Below, in pieces: positions 20,275 through 30,437 of a stretch of DNA of 64,000 nt. The position numbers were made by a program, and so were the translations under genes. Source of the stretch: Candidatus Limnocylindrales bacterium (lineage in GTDB: Bacteria > Chloroflexota > Limnocylindria > Limnocylindrales > CSP1-4); NCBI GenBank assembly GCA_049521175.1, contig JBEKPB010000012.1, positions 3,929-67,928 on the forward strand. Direction: 5' to 3'. The notes under the pieces are model-generated. The model was given only the letters and a program-made list of their open reading frames with translations, was not told the origin of the DNA and did not search any database. How positions within the stretch are numbered: the first letter of the stretch is position 1; each line of letters begins with the position of its first letter.

Positions 20275-21234
20275 ATGACGGCGGAATCCAACATGCCCGC
20301 GATCGCAGCCGATGGTTCGCCCGGGAGCGAGTCCTCATCCGAGGCGCAGGGTCGCCCCCGGCTTGATTCGGTGCCACCGGAGTTGCTCATCCTGACCGGG
20401 GCCCTCTCGGTGCAGTGCGGCGCGGGCGTTGCCACCACGCTTCTGCACGAATACGGGCCGCTGCCCGTCGTCTCGATGCGGATTGTCTTCGGCGCGTTGA
20501 TGTTGCTGGCGTTCCAGCCAGTTGGTTTGCGCCGCGCGTCGCGCGAGGCCCTGGCTTCTTGCGTGGTTCTCGGCCTGATCCTCGCAGCGATGAACTCGCT
20601 CTTCTACGTTGCCCTGTCGCGCATCCCACTCGGTGTGGCCGTGACGATCGAGTTCTCAGGTCCGCTGACCCTGGCGGTCCTGGGCTCGCGTCGCTGGCTC
20701 GACCTCGTCTGGGTGGCGCTGGCCGCTGCCGGGGTCTATACGCTGGCCGGTGGGCGCCTCTTAGCCGACGACGCCGTCGGCATCGCCGCCGTATTCGGTG
20801 CCGGTTTCTGCTGGGCGCTGTATATCGTGACCGGGCGCCACCTGGCGGGATACTGGCCGGACGGCCGTGGGCTGACCCTGGCGATGGTCGTGGCTTCTGC
20901 CGTCGTGTTGCCCGTGACGCTCGGGTTCTCGGACATCAGGCCCCTGCTGGCGGCGCCCCTGGCGGTTGGCGGCGGGGTGGTCGTCGCCCTCTTCAGCAGC
21001 GCCATCCCGTACACGGCGGAGATCGCCGCGCTGCGGCGGCTGCCGGCCGCGACCTTCGGCGTGCTGATGAGCCTCGAGCCGGCAATTGCCGCGGGCGTCG
21101 GTTTCGTGCTGCTGGGCCAGGTGCTCCATCTTCCGGATCTGCTGGCGATCGCCTGCGTCACGCTGGCCAGTGCGGGAGCGAGCATATCGGCCCGGCGGCT
21201 GACGGTCACCGCAGGCGAGCTGGAAGCGGCCTGA
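20275..21234 (+). CDS. EamA family transporter (RhtA-like)
   Basis: SVQCGA, RIPLGVAVTIEF and FGVLMSLEPA. Confidence 0.88.
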   Translation: MTAESNMPAIAADGSPGSESSSEAQGRPRLDSVPPELLILTGALSVQCGAGVATTLLHEYGPLPVVSMRIVFGALMLLAFQPVGLRRASREALASCVVLGLILAAMNSLFYVALSRIPLGVAVTIEFSGPLTLAVLGSRRWLDLVWVALAAAGVYTLAGGRLLADDAVGIAAVFGAGFCWALYIVTGRHLAGYWPDGRGLTLAMVVASAVVLPVTLGFSDIRPLLAAPLAVGGGVVVALFSSAIPYTAEIAALRRLPAATFGVLMSLEPAIAAGVGFVLLGQVLHLPDLLAIACVTLASAGASISARRLTVTAGELEAA

Positions 21235-21322
21235 CCCAGAGCGCGAGTCCGCGCCGCCGCGATGTTGCGGTGCCGGACCGGCCCCTCGACGCCGAAATCC
21301 GGGACTGGCGTCCAGATCGGAA

Positions 21323-21351
21323 TTGACGTCTACCGCCGCGGCTTGTATTCT
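21323..21351 (+). promoter_or_regulatory. Sigma70-type promoter of rho
   Basis: TTGACG-17 bp-TATTCT. Confidence 0.75.
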
Positions 21352-21438
21352 CCGCGTCGCCCCGACCGTGCACACCCGCTGCGCAACGATTCCGCGCGAT
21401 CCGCCTGCACGGCACCTTCCCAACACGAGCCAACCCCC

Positions 21439-22800
21439 ATGCCCCTCAACGGTCCTGACCAGCGTTCTCGCAACCGCCGCCCTCGCCGGCGCCCCGCCGG
21501 ACGTGCGCCTATGGCCGAGTACGACGATTTCCAGGACGGTGACAACCGCGACCTCGATATCAACGAGCTCAGCGGCATGACCGTCAACGAGCTTCAAACC
21601 GTCGGGCGCGACCTCGAGATGGAAGAGGAGGCGGCCGGCAAGGAAGAGCTCGTCGACCGAATCCTGGTTCGCCAGAGCGAGCTGGCCGGCCATGCCTACG
21701 CGACCGGGATCCTCGACATCGTCGAGGAAGGGTTCGGGTTCATGCGCCGCCACGGCCTGATGCCCACGCCCGACGACGTATACGTGTCGTCCAGCCAGAT
21801 CCGCCGCTTCGGCCTGCGGATCGGCGACCGCGTCAGCGGCTCGGTCCGCGCGCCGCGCGAGGGCGAGAAGTACTGGGGCATGATCCGCGTCGACCGCGTC
21901 AACGGCGTCGACCCCGACACCGCCCGCCGCCGGCCGCGGTTCGAAGATCTGACGCCGGTCCATCCCGACGTTCTCATCAACCTCGAAACCGATGCCAAGA
22001 ACTTGAGCCAGCGTCTCGTCAACCTGGTCAACCCGATCGGCAAGGGTCAGCGAGCTCTCATCGTCAGCCCGCCCAAGGCCGGCAAGACGATGCTCCTCAA
22101 GCACATCGCCAACGGAATCAGCACCAACTACCCCGAGATCCTGCTCATGGTCGCGCTGATCGGCGAGCGGCCTGAGGAGGTCACGGACATGCGCCGCTCG
22201 GTCAAGGGTGAGGTCATCAGCTCCACCTTCGACGAGCCGACGGAGAACCACACCCACGTCGCCGAGATGGCGCTCGAGATCGCCAAGCGCCAGGTCGAGA
22301 CCGGCCGCGATGTCGTCATCCTGCTCGACTCGATCACCCGCCTGGCGCGTGCGTATAACCTGGCGTTGCCGCCATCCGGACGAACCCTCTCCGGCGGCCT
22401 CGACCCGATTGCTCTCTACCCGCCCAAGCGCTTCTTCGGCGCCGCCCGCAACATCGAGGAAGGCGGCTCGCTGACGATCATCGGCACATGCCTGGTCGAT
22501 ACCGGATCCCGGATGGACGACGTCATCTACGAGGAGTTCAAGGGCACCGGCAACAGCGAGCTCATCCTCGACCGAAAGCTGGCCGAGAAGCGCATCTTCC
22601 CCGCCATCGACGTCCAGCGCTCCGGCACCCGCCGCGAGGAGCTCCTGCTCGAGGAGCCGGTCCTCAAGATGGTCTGGACGATGCGGCGCATGCTCTCCGC
22701 GGTCGGGACGAACGAGGGGATCGAGCTCTTGCTGAACCGACTTTCCAAGACGGACAACAACGTCCAGTTCCTGGCAACACTGACCAAGAGCCTCGACTAG
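21439..22800 (+). CDS. rho: Transcription termination factor Rho (start 21439 or 21511)
   Basis: [34 protein letters not shown] and EEFKGTGN. Confidence 0.97.
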   Translation: MPLNGPDQRSRNRRPRRRPAGRAPMAEYDDFQDGDNRDLDINELSGMTVNELQTVGRDLEMEEEAAGKEELVDRILVRQSELAGHAYATGILDIVEEGFGFMRRHGLMPTPDDVYVSSSQIRRFGLRIGDRVSGSVRAPREGEKYWGMIRVDRVNGVDPDTARRRPRFEDLTPVHPDVLINLETDAKNLSQRLVNLVNPIGKGQRALIVSPPKAGKTMLLKHIANGISTNYPEILLMVALIGERPEEVTDMRRSVKGEVISSTFDEPTENHTHVAEMALEIAKRQVETGRDVVILLDSITRLARAYNLALPPSGRTLSGGLDPIALYPPKRFFGAARNIEEGGSLTIIGTCLVDTGSRMDDVIYEEFKGTGNSELILDRKLAEKRIFPAIDVQRSGTRREELLLEEPVLKMVWTMRRMLSAVGTNEGIELLLNRLSKTDNNVQFLATLTKSLD

Positions 22801-22907
22801 TAAGGCGCGCTGCCGCCACGGTTCGACGAGGCCCGCGCACGACGCAACCGGCCCGAGTCAGCCTCTCCGGACTCGGCCGCGAGCCGGTCGCATGCGAGAA
22901 TTGAGCC

Positions 22908-24200
22908 ATGTTCCTCGACCGCGTCCGAATCTTCTTGCACGCCGGTGACGGCGGGGACGGCGCTGCCACGTTCCGGCGAGAGGCCCACGTGCCTCGCGGC
23001 GGTCCCGACGGCGGCGACGGCGGCCGGGGCGGTTCCATCTACATGAAGGTGGATCCGGGCGAGACCAGCCTGCGCGACTACCGCCACGCCCACCATTTCA
23101 AGGGTACGCCCGGTGGCCGCGGGTTCGGCGCGCGGATGCACGGCAAGGCCGGGAACGACCTGGTCCTCAAGGTCCCGCCGGGGACGGGCGTCTTCGACGA
23201 CGCGACGGGGGAGTTGCTCGGCGACCTCGTGGGCGAGGAACAGACGCTGATGGTGGCCCGCGGCGGAAAGGGTGGGCTCGGCAACGTCCACTTCGCCACA
23301 TCGACTCACCAGGCTCCGCGCCACGCTCAGAAGGGCGAGCCGGGCCAGGAGACATGGATCCGCCTCGAGCTCCGGCTGATCGCCGACGTCGGGCTCGTCG
23401 GACTGCCCAACGCGGGCAAGTCCACGCTGCTCGCGGCGCTGACGGCGGCCCGACCGAAGATCGCGGACTACCCTTTCACCACGCTCGAACCCAACCTCGG
23501 CGTCCTCGACCTGGGCGACGGTGACGTGCGGCGGCCCACGATCGCCGACGTGCCGGGCCTCATCGAAGGCGCGAGCAGCGGAGCCGGTTTGGGCCACGCA
23601 TTCCTGCGCCACGTCGAGCGGACGCGGATCCTGGTCCATGTCGTCGACGGGGCCGACCGCGACCCTGAGTGGAGCTACAACGTGATCCGCGACGAGCTCG
23701 AGGCCCACGACCCCGCGCTGCTCGAGAAGCCGACGCTGGTGGCCTTCAACAAGATGGACCAGCCTCAGGCTGCCGAGGCGTGGCCGCCCTTCGAGCTGGC
23801 GCGCCGGGCCCAGGGCGTCCCGGCGGTCGCAATCTCTGCCGCCGACGGTGACGGGCTGGGGGCGCTGCGCGCCCGCGTTGCGTCATTGCTGCCCGAGGCC
23901 GGAGAGATGGAGGAGCCGCCCGGGTCGGCCGGCGTGGTCGTCCATCGCATCGAATCCATGGGCGATTCGTTCCGCGTGGAGCGCGACGACGAGGTCTTCG
24001 TGGTCCATGGCCGGAAGATCGAGCGGCTCGCCTCTCAGACCAACTTCGAGGTCGAGGAGTCCGCGGAGCGGTTCCAGCGCGAGCTGGTCCGGCTCGGCGT
24101 GGACGAAGAGCTGCGGCGGCAGGGTGTGACTCCGGGAGTGACCGTCCGCATAGGCTCGACCGAGCTCGAATGGGAGCCGGACAGCTGGGACGACCGTTGA
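22908..24200 (+). CDS. obgE: GTPase ObgE/CgtA with C-terminal DUF1967-like domain
   Basis: GGPDGGDGG, GLPNAGKST, DYPFTT, DVPG and NKMD. Confidence 0.97.
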   Translation: MFLDRVRIFLHAGDGGDGAATFRREAHVPRGGPDGGDGGRGGSIYMKVDPGETSLRDYRHAHHFKGTPGGRGFGARMHGKAGNDLVLKVPPGTGVFDDATGELLGDLVGEEQTLMVARGGKGGLGNVHFATSTHQAPRHAQKGEPGQETWIRLELRLIADVGLVGLPNAGKSTLLAALTAARPKIADYPFTTLEPNLGVLDLGDGDVRRPTIADVPGLIEGASSGAGLGHAFLRHVERTRILVHVVDGADRDPEWSYNVIRDELEAHDPALLEKPTLVAFNKMDQPQAAEAWPPFELARRAQGVPAVAISAADGDGLGALRARVASLLPEAGEMEEPPGSAGVVVHRIESMGDSFRVERDDEVFVVHGRKIERLASQTNFEVEESAERFQRELVRLGVDEELRRQGVTPGVTVRIGSTELEWEPDSWDDR

Positions 24201-24223
24201 CGCCCCCAACGACCGGCCGATCG

Positions 24224-24916
24224 ATGGCGGCTCGCCGGGCTGGCCGGGAGGTTCCCTGGATCGATCCGGGCGATCTGCGGGTCGGCATCCTGGGCGGCAC
24301 CTTCGATCCGATCCATTACGGCCACCTCGCGATCGCGGAGCAGGTGCGCGAGGCTCTTGCGCTGGACCGCGTGCTGTTCGTGCCCGCGGCCCAGCCGCCG
24401 CACAAGCTGGACGAGGAACTGGCTCCCGCCGCCGACCGGGCCGCCATGGTGGCCCTGGCCATCGCCGGAAACCAGCACTTCTCCCTGAGCGAGATCGAGC
24501 TCGAGCGAGACGGTCCGTCGTACACCGCCGACACCCTGGCGGAGCTGGCAGACGAAACCGCTCGCCAGGGAGTGGCCCGGGACCTGTACTTCATCCTCTC
24601 GACTGAGGCTCTGGCGGACCTGCGCCGCTGGCACGAGCCGGACAGGGTACTCGAGCTTGCCCGTCTGGCCGTGGTCGCGCGGCCGGGAGCTCCTCTCCCG
24701 GATGCCACTCAGCTCGCGGACATGCTCCCAGGCGGAGCGGCTTCCCTGGCTCGGGCCGAGCGTGTCGAGACGGTGCCGCTCGCTTACTCCTCGTCGGACG
24801 TTCGCCGTCGCGCGGCCGGCGGCCGTTCGATCCGCTATCTCGTTCCCGCAGCCGTGGAGGCGTACATCCGCGACCGTCGGCTGTATCGTTCGCAGAACCC
24901 TCGGAGGACCGCCTGA
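24224..24916 (+). CDS. nadD: Nicotinate-nucleotide adenylyltransferase
   Basis: GGTFDPIHYGH, SYTADTL and SSSDVR; start uncertain. Confidence 0.94.
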   Translation: MAARRAGREVPWIDPGDLRVGILGGTFDPIHYGHLAIAEQVREALALDRVLFVPAAQPPHKLDEELAPAADRAAMVALAIAGNQHFSLSEIELERDGPSYTADTLAELADETARQGVARDLYFILSTEALADLRRWHEPDRVLELARLAVVARPGAPLPDATQLADMLPGGAASLARAERVETVPLAYSSSDVRRRAAGGRSIRYLVPAAVEAYIRDRRLYRSQNPRRTA

Positions 24917-24917
24917 C

Positions 24918-25451
24918 GTGACCGACTCATCGACCTCGACCGAAACGACCCCCAGCCCCGACGGCCTGCCGCGGCGGCGCAAGCCCGTCGCCGTCGAGGA
25001 GTCCCTGGCCGACGCGCTGGAGGCTGCCGTCGAGGCGGAGGCGGTTGCCGCGGAGATGCCGGCCGAGCCCGAGATCGAGGAGTCGCTTCGGGAGCGAGGC
25101 GCCCGCCTGAGCGCGCTCGAGGTCGCCCGCAAGATCGTGGACGCGGCCGAAGACAAGAAGGCCGCCGACATCGTCCTGCTCGACGTCTCGGAACTGACGT
25201 CGATGGCCGACTACTTCGTGATCTGCTCCGGTGGCTCGGAGCGCCAGCTCGGCGCCATCGGCGACGGCATCGCGGAGAAGCTGCGAGCGGATGGCGTTCG
25301 CCCCATCGGTCGTGAAGGCGGATCCAACTCGCATTGGACCCTGCTGGACTTCGGGGCGGTCATCGTCCACATATTTGCCGTTCCGGAGCGGGACTACTAC
25401 CAGCTGGAGCGCCACTGGGCCAAGGCCAAAACGGTGCTCCGGGTCCAGTAG
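24918..25451 (+). CDS. rsfS: Ribosome silencing factor with acidic N-terminal extension
   Basis: DKKAADI, DYFVICSG, WTLLDFG and RDYYQLE. Confidence 0.93.
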   Translation: MTDSSTSTETTPSPDGLPRRRKPVAVEESLADALEAAVEAEAVAAEMPAEPEIEESLRERGARLSALEVARKIVDAAEDKKAADIVLLDVSELTSMADYFVICSGGSERQLGAIGDGIAEKLRADGVRPIGREGGSNSHWTLLDFGAVIVHIFAVPERDYYQLERHWAKAKTVLRVQ

Positions 25452-25589
25452 CAAGCGCCAATCGAGTCGATCGCCGCGTCGTCCAACGGGCCGAACTGTC
25501 AAAGGTCAGCGCTCGAACGCTCGATTCCGTAAACTTCAACGAGCCGAAGCCCAACGGGGTACATCGACCGCTCTGGAGAATCAGCCACG

Positions 25590-26018
25590 ATCGCTCCATA
25601 CACCGCCGAAAGACGACCACACCGCGCCCCAACGATCGTCGACTACGTCAACATCCGGTGGGTGGACGAGTGGTGCAAACGCTGCAACATCTGCGTCGAG
25701 ATCTGCCCGAAGGACAGCCTCCTCCTGACGCACGACGCGATCATCGAGGCAACGGACTGCATCCGCTGCGGCTTGTGCGAACGCTACTGCCCTGACCTCG
25801 CTATCGAGGTCCTGCCCAAGCGTGACGAGAACGGTCGGCTTCCTCTGGAGACCGAGTTGGAAGAGGCCGCCTCAGCCAGGCACGCCGCAGCGCCGCACGC
25901 TGTCGCGCCGCACGTTCCGGACGTAGCCCGCGGGCCGGCAGTGGCCGGCAACAATCCGCAACGCGGCCTGACCGACACGGAGAGCGCTCCGGACGTCGAC
26001 CGCGACAACCCGACCTGA
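25590..26018 (+). CDS. 2x[4Fe-4S] ferredoxin, delta subunit of 2-oxoacid:ferredoxin oxidoreductase; start uncertain (first canonical start GTG 25662)
   Basis: CKRCNICVEICP and CIRCGLCERYCPDLAI; first gene of the alpha-beta-gamma cluster. Confidence 0.85.
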   Translation: MAPYTAERRPHRAPTIVDYVNIRWVDEWCKRCNICVEICPKDSLLLTHDAIIEATDCIRCGLCERYCPDLAIEVLPKRDENGRLPLETELEEAASARHAAAPHAVAPHVPDVARGPAVAGNNPQRGLTDTESAPDVDRDNPT

Positions 26019-26035
26019 TCGGACAGGGAACACCG

Positions 26036-27136
26036 ATGACCAAGCGACTCGTCCAGGGTAACGAGGCCATGCTGCTCGGCGCGGTCCGCGCCGGCGCGAC
26101 CTACTTCGCCGGCTATCCGATCAGCCCATCGTCGGAGATCCTGGCCCAGGCCTCCGTGTACGCGAGCAAGCACCCCGAATTCCGCTTCCTCCAGGCCGAG
26201 GACGAGATCGCCAGCGCAAACGCCATCCTCGGCGCCAGCCTGGCCGGTGCGAAGTCCTTCACCGCCACGTCCGGCCCGGGCTTCAGCCTGATGCAGGAAG
26301 CGATCGGATACGGCCACAAGGTCGGCATCCCGACCGTGATCGTCGACGTCATGCGCGTCGGGCCGGCGACGGGAATGCCCACGATGCCAGGCCAGGGTGA
26401 CCTCAACCAGGCGCGCTACGGCTCGACCGGCGACTACACCAGCTTCGCCTTCTATCCGTCGACGGTCGCCGAATGCTACGAGTACACGATCCATTCGTTC
26501 AACGCCGCGGAGGAGAGCTGTAGCCCGGTCATCATCCTCTCGGATGCGTTTCTCGGGCACCTCAACGAAGTCGCCGACCTCGATTCGATCGACGTGCCGG
26601 TAGTCCCGCGGACGATTGAACCGCTGGCGTCGGGCAGCACCCGGCTGTTCTCGGGTGTGGCCACGTACCCGGACGGCGAACCCGCCACCGCCGACGCGGA
26701 CGAGTTCATCCGCCAGTACTACGAAGCGCGCGACCAGCGCCTCAAGGTCGCCGAGCGCTACGCCTTCTACGAGTACGGATGGAACAAGGAGGCCGAGACG
26801 CTGGTCATCGCGTTCGGCATCACCCGCCGCATCGCCCAGCCGCTGGCCGCTCACTTCGCGCTCTTCCGCCCGATCCGGATCTGGCCCACTCTCGACAAGG
26901 AGCTCACCGAGATCGCGGCGCGCTACAAGAAGATCATCGTCATCGAAGGCAGCGATGGGCAGTACGCCAATGTCGTGGAGCGGATGCTCCTGCGGCGTGT
27001 CGAGCGCGTGCCCCTGCTCGGCGGCCGAATGAGCATCGAGGCGATCCGCGAGGGTCTCGATGCGATCGACATGCTGCCTGCAGAGTCGCCGAAGTCAGCG
27101 AAGTCAGCTTCTGCGTCGCCGGCCAAGGTCGGCTGA
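26036..27136 (+). CDS. korA: 2-oxoacid:ferredoxin oxidoreductase alpha subunit
   Basis: GNEA, GYPISPSSE, QAEDEIA, TSGPGFSLMQE and RVGPATG. Confidence 0.92.
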   Translation: MTKRLVQGNEAMLLGAVRAGATYFAGYPISPSSEILAQASVYASKHPEFRFLQAEDEIASANAILGASLAGAKSFTATSGPGFSLMQEAIGYGHKVGIPTVIVDVMRVGPATGMPTMPGQGDLNQARYGSTGDYTSFAFYPSTVAECYEYTIHSFNAAEESCSPVIILSDAFLGHLNEVADLDSIDVPVVPRTIEPLASGSTRLFSGVATYPDGEPATADADEFIRQYYEARDQRLKVAERYAFYEYGWNKEAETLVIAFGITRRIAQPLAAHFALFRPIRIWPTLDKELTEIAARYKKIIVIEGSDGQYANVVERMLLRRVERVPLLGGRMSIEAIREGLDAIDMLPAESPKSAKSASASPAKVG

Positions 27137-27162
27137 CCCGCGTCCCGAAGAGGTTCACCACT

Positions 27163-27945
27163 ATGGCAGTCAAGGACAAGCTGAAGACCGATCTCTTCCC
27201 AACGATCTGGTGCCCGGGTTGCGGGATCGGCCTGATCATGCAGCAGCTCGCCACGGTCATGGACGAGCTCAATCTGGACAAGACGAACACTGTCCTGGTC
27301 ACCGGCATAGGTTGCACCGGACGCATGGGCGCCTACATGAACTTCGAGTCCGTGTACACGCTCCACGGCCGCACGCTTCCTGTCGCCGAGGCGATCAAGA
27401 CGGTCCGGCCCGAGCTCAACGTGATCGTGGTCTCGGGTGACGGCGACACGGCCTCGATCGGCGGGAACCACCTGCTCCACTCGATCCGCCGCAACCCGAA
27501 CATCACGGTCATCTGCAACAACAACGAGATCTACGGCCTGACCGGCGGCCAGACCGGGCCCACCACGCCACAGGGCACGAACACGATTTCGTCGCCGGTC
27601 GGTGCCGCCTACTCGCCGATCAACCTGCAGGGCGTCGTCAACACCAACCCGAACTCGTACTACGCCAAGACGACCGTCTACCACCAGGGTCCGATGCGCA
27701 AGGCGATCAGGGAAGCGATCGAGTGGCCCGGCTTCTCGTTCGTCGACGTGGCCAGCCAGTGCATCGAGAACAACGGCCGGCGGATCGGGTTCGCCAGCGC
27801 CAACGACATGCTCCAGAACTATCGTACCGAGTACAAGGCCGCTCCTCCCGGCTCGACTCATCTGGAGTCGCACCAGCTCGGCATCGTCAAGGGCAAGCCG
27901 CTGCCAGTGGGCGCCGGCGGGTCCGGCAACGGCTCGGGCGAGTAG
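27163..27945 (+). CDS. korB: 2-oxoacid:ferredoxin oxidoreductase beta subunit (TPP-binding)
   Basis: WCPGCG, GIGC, GDGD...IGGNH and NNEIYGLTGGQ. Confidence 0.92.
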   Translation: MAVKDKLKTDLFPTIWCPGCGIGLIMQQLATVMDELNLDKTNTVLVTGIGCTGRMGAYMNFESVYTLHGRTLPVAEAIKTVRPELNVIVVSGDGDTASIGGNHLLHSIRRNPNITVICNNNEIYGLTGGQTGPTTPQGTNTISSPVGAAYSPINLQGVVNTNPNSYYAKTTVYHQGPMRKAIREAIEWPGFSFVDVASQCIENNGRRIGFASANDMLQNYRTEYKAAPPGSTHLESHQLGIVKGKPLPVGAGGSGNGSGE

Positions 27946-27967
27946 CGGTCAGGGCGAGGAGATTCCG

Positions 27968-28582
27968 ATGGCAGCCAAGTCAATCGTCATCGACGGAGTC
28001 GGCGGTCAGGGCGTCCGCGTCATTGGCAACACCATGGCCAGCCTGCTTGCGGTCATGGGCTACGAGGTCACGCTCCTCTTCGACTACGACTCGTCGGTGC
28101 GCGGCGGCATGAGCGAGGCGTTCCTCGAATACGACCGCGAGCCCATTTCGAACTTCGTGGTCGAGTGCGCCGACGTGGTCGTCCGGCTGGCCGACCGCGG
28201 CCCCGTCCACCTCAAGGCGAACTACGTGATCGCCGACATCGGGCTGACGAAGCGCGGCGAGACCGGCGAGGAGATCCCGTTCCTTCAGTTGGGCGTCGAG
28301 AAGTTCGGCCGTGACCTCTTCGGAAACATGATCGCCCTGGGCAGACTGCTGTGTGTCTGCGACGTCGAGTTCACCGAGGAGCACCTCCTGGCCGCGCTGC
28401 CCAAGAAGTACGCCGAGGAGAACATCGCGGCCATCAAATACGGCTACGGGCTGGACAAGGCCGCGATCAAGGAAATCGTGCCGGAACAGGCGGCGAGCAG
28501 CTTTGCCGAACGCTACGCGGCCAGGGTCCTTGCCGGCACGGCGCCTGCGGAGGCCGTCGAGCTGGCCGCCGCGCGGCGATAG
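27968..28582 (+). CDS. 2-oxoacid:ferredoxin oxidoreductase gamma subunit
   Basis: GVGGQG, YDSSVRGG, NMIALG and ENIAA...GY. Confidence 0.88.
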   Translation: MAAKSIVIDGVGGQGVRVIGNTMASLLAVMGYEVTLLFDYDSSVRGGMSEAFLEYDREPISNFVVECADVVVRLADRGPVHLKANYVIADIGLTKRGETGEEIPFLQLGVEKFGRDLFGNMIALGRLLCVCDVEFTEEHLLAALPKKYAEENIAAIKYGYGLDKAAIKEIVPEQAASSFAERYAARVLAGTAPAEAVELAAARR

Positions 28583-28596
28583 GTCGGGTTGACCCG

Positions 28597-29229
28597 ATGA
28601 GTCCCCGAAGACACGGCCGCGGACGCGGGATGGGGGGCACGGCCGTAGTCGCCCCACCCGGAGCTGCGAGCGCGCTACCCACTGAAGCCGGTCAGAACGC
28701 AGTTGGCGATGCCGGGGCGCAGCCGACCCAGCCGGTGCGGATCGGCGGCCCGGCACGGCCGGCGCGGATCGCCGGCCCGGCCGCAAGCGAGGGCCAGGTC
28801 GGCGCCGGCTCGCGCAGCGAGGCCGCCGCCCGGCCGAATCCGGCCTCCCGCAGCGACGCCGGTTCCCGAGCCGCAGCCGCGGTTCCGCGCCACGGGCCCA
28901 GGCCCGCAGTTCAGGCCGCCACGACGGACCAGGAGGCCCCGGGGCAGAAGGCATCGTGCACCCTCGCCCAGATGCGGCGATTCATCAAGAGCCGTCCCTA
29001 CGTGCCCGTCCACGAGCTGCGCCGTCGCTTCCTGATCGACGGCATCGAGGACGAGGTCAGCCCGATGACGGTCGAAAAGGGCACGCTCTACGTCGGCCTC
29101 CCGGAGCGTGAAGCCGGCTTCCTCGGTGAGCTGGTCAAGTCGGGCGAAGTCGGCTGCGAGCTCCTCCTCGACCCTACAAGCCCCGCCGTCGTGGGCGTGT
29201 TCCCGATGAGGCCCGTCGCGCGCCAGTAG
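28597..29229 (+). CDS. Hypothetical protein: low-complexity N-terminus plus ~90-aa globular C-terminal domain
   Basis: Coding-like C-terminal segment (TLAQMRRFIKSRPYVPVHELRRRF...VVGVFPMRP); 14 nt after the gamma subunit gene. Confidence 0.7.
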   Translation: MSPRRHGRGRGMGGTAVVAPPGAASALPTEAGQNAVGDAGAQPTQPVRIGGPARPARIAGPAASEGQVGAGSRSEAAARPNPASRSDAGSRAAAAVPRHGPRPAVQAATTDQEAPGQKASCTLAQMRRFIKSRPYVPVHELRRRFLIDGIEDEVSPMTVEKGTLYVGLPEREAGFLGELVKSGEVGCELLLDPTSPAVVGVFPMRPVARQ

Positions 29230-29294
29230 CGCCCTCGAGCGGTCGAGATTGGAGCGAAGTCCACCAGACCCGCATACCCGGTCTGTCGCGGCCG

Positions 29295-30290
29295 TCATCG
29301 CATCGTCAACACCGCCGCGCCGTGGATCCTGCCCGCGGCCAGGGCCTGGAGGGCTTCGTTGCCGACCTCGAGCGGGAAGACGTCGACCTGTGTGCGGATC
29401 GGGATCGAAGCGGCCAGCTCCATGAACTCGGCGGCGTCGCGGCGCGTGACGTTCGCGACGCTGCGGAGCTGGCGCTCCCACCACAGCAACTCATACCGGA
29501 ACTCCGGGATTCGGTCGAGGTGGATGGCGTTCACGGCGACGACGCCGCCACGGTCTACCGCGCGAAGAGCGGCAACGACTACGTCCCCTGCCGGCGCCGT
29601 GGTGATCGCGGCGTCGAGCGGCGGTGTCGGGTCGGCGTACGCGCCAACGCTGGCCGCTCCCATCTCCGCCGCGCGCTCGCGTTCGGTCTCCGATCGAGTC
29701 CGAACATGGACCTCGCAACCCCAGTGGCGCGCCACCTGGATGCACAGCAGCGCCGATGCGCCGAACCCGAAGAGACCGAGGCGTCCGCCCGGCTCGATAC
29801 CGCAAACTCGTAACGCTCGATAACCGATCACGCCGCCGCAGAGCAGGGGAGCGGCCTCCAGGTCGGCGAAGGCGTCGGGGATCCTGACGGCGACGTCCGC
29901 ACGCACGACCATCGCCTCGGCGAAGCCGCCGTCGCGGTCCCAGCCGGTGAATTCCGCGGCTTCGCACAAGTTCTCGCGCCCCCTCAGGCAGAAGCGGCAC
30001 GTCCCGTCGGCACCGTAGAGCCAGTACGCCCCGGCTCGGTCGCCGATAACCCACCCGGTTACGCCCTTACCCACGGCGGCCACCCGGCCGACGGCCTGGT
30101 GCCCCGGCACGATCGGGAGACGCCGGGCCGTCAGGTCGCCCTCGGCCAGCTGGAGGTCGGTCCGGCAGACTGCGCAGGCCTCGACGCGGAGCAGCAGCTC
30201 GCCCTGCCCAGGCGCAGGCATGTCTCGCTCGATCAACCGGAGTGGGTTCTCGGCCGCCGGCCTCGGCTGCCCGAGTTCGAGCGCACGCAC
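29295..30290 (-). CDS. Zinc-binding alcohol dehydrogenase family protein
   Basis: CRTDL, PGHQ, CRFC...ENLC, PLLCGG and GFGASA. Confidence 0.92.
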   Translation of the reverse strand: MRALELGQPRPAAENPLRLIERDMPAPGQGELLLRVEACAVCRTDLQLAEGDLTARRLPIVPGHQAVGRVAAVGKGVTGWVIGDRAGAYWLYGADGTCRFCLRGRENLCEAAEFTGWDRDGGFAEAMVVRADVAVRIPDAFADLEAAPLLCGGVIGYRALRVCGIEPGGRLGLFGFGASALLCIQVARHWGCEVHVRTRSETERERAAEMGAASVGAYADPTPPLDAAITTAPAGDVVVAALRAVDRGGVVAVNAIHLDRIPEFRYELLWWERQLRSVANVTRRDAAEFMELAASIPIRTQVDVFPLEVGNEALQALAAGRIHGAAVLTMR

Positions 30291-30437
30291 GGCGTCAGGT
30301 TACCGCTCCTGTCGGGCGCGAACTAGCGAAACGCGGACCGCCTTCGGTCCCGGCTCGCAGGACTGCAGCGGCGGTCCGGGTCGCGCAGGGGGAGCCATCC
30401 GTGCGCTCGGTCGATCCGTGGGTCATGATCGGCGCTC

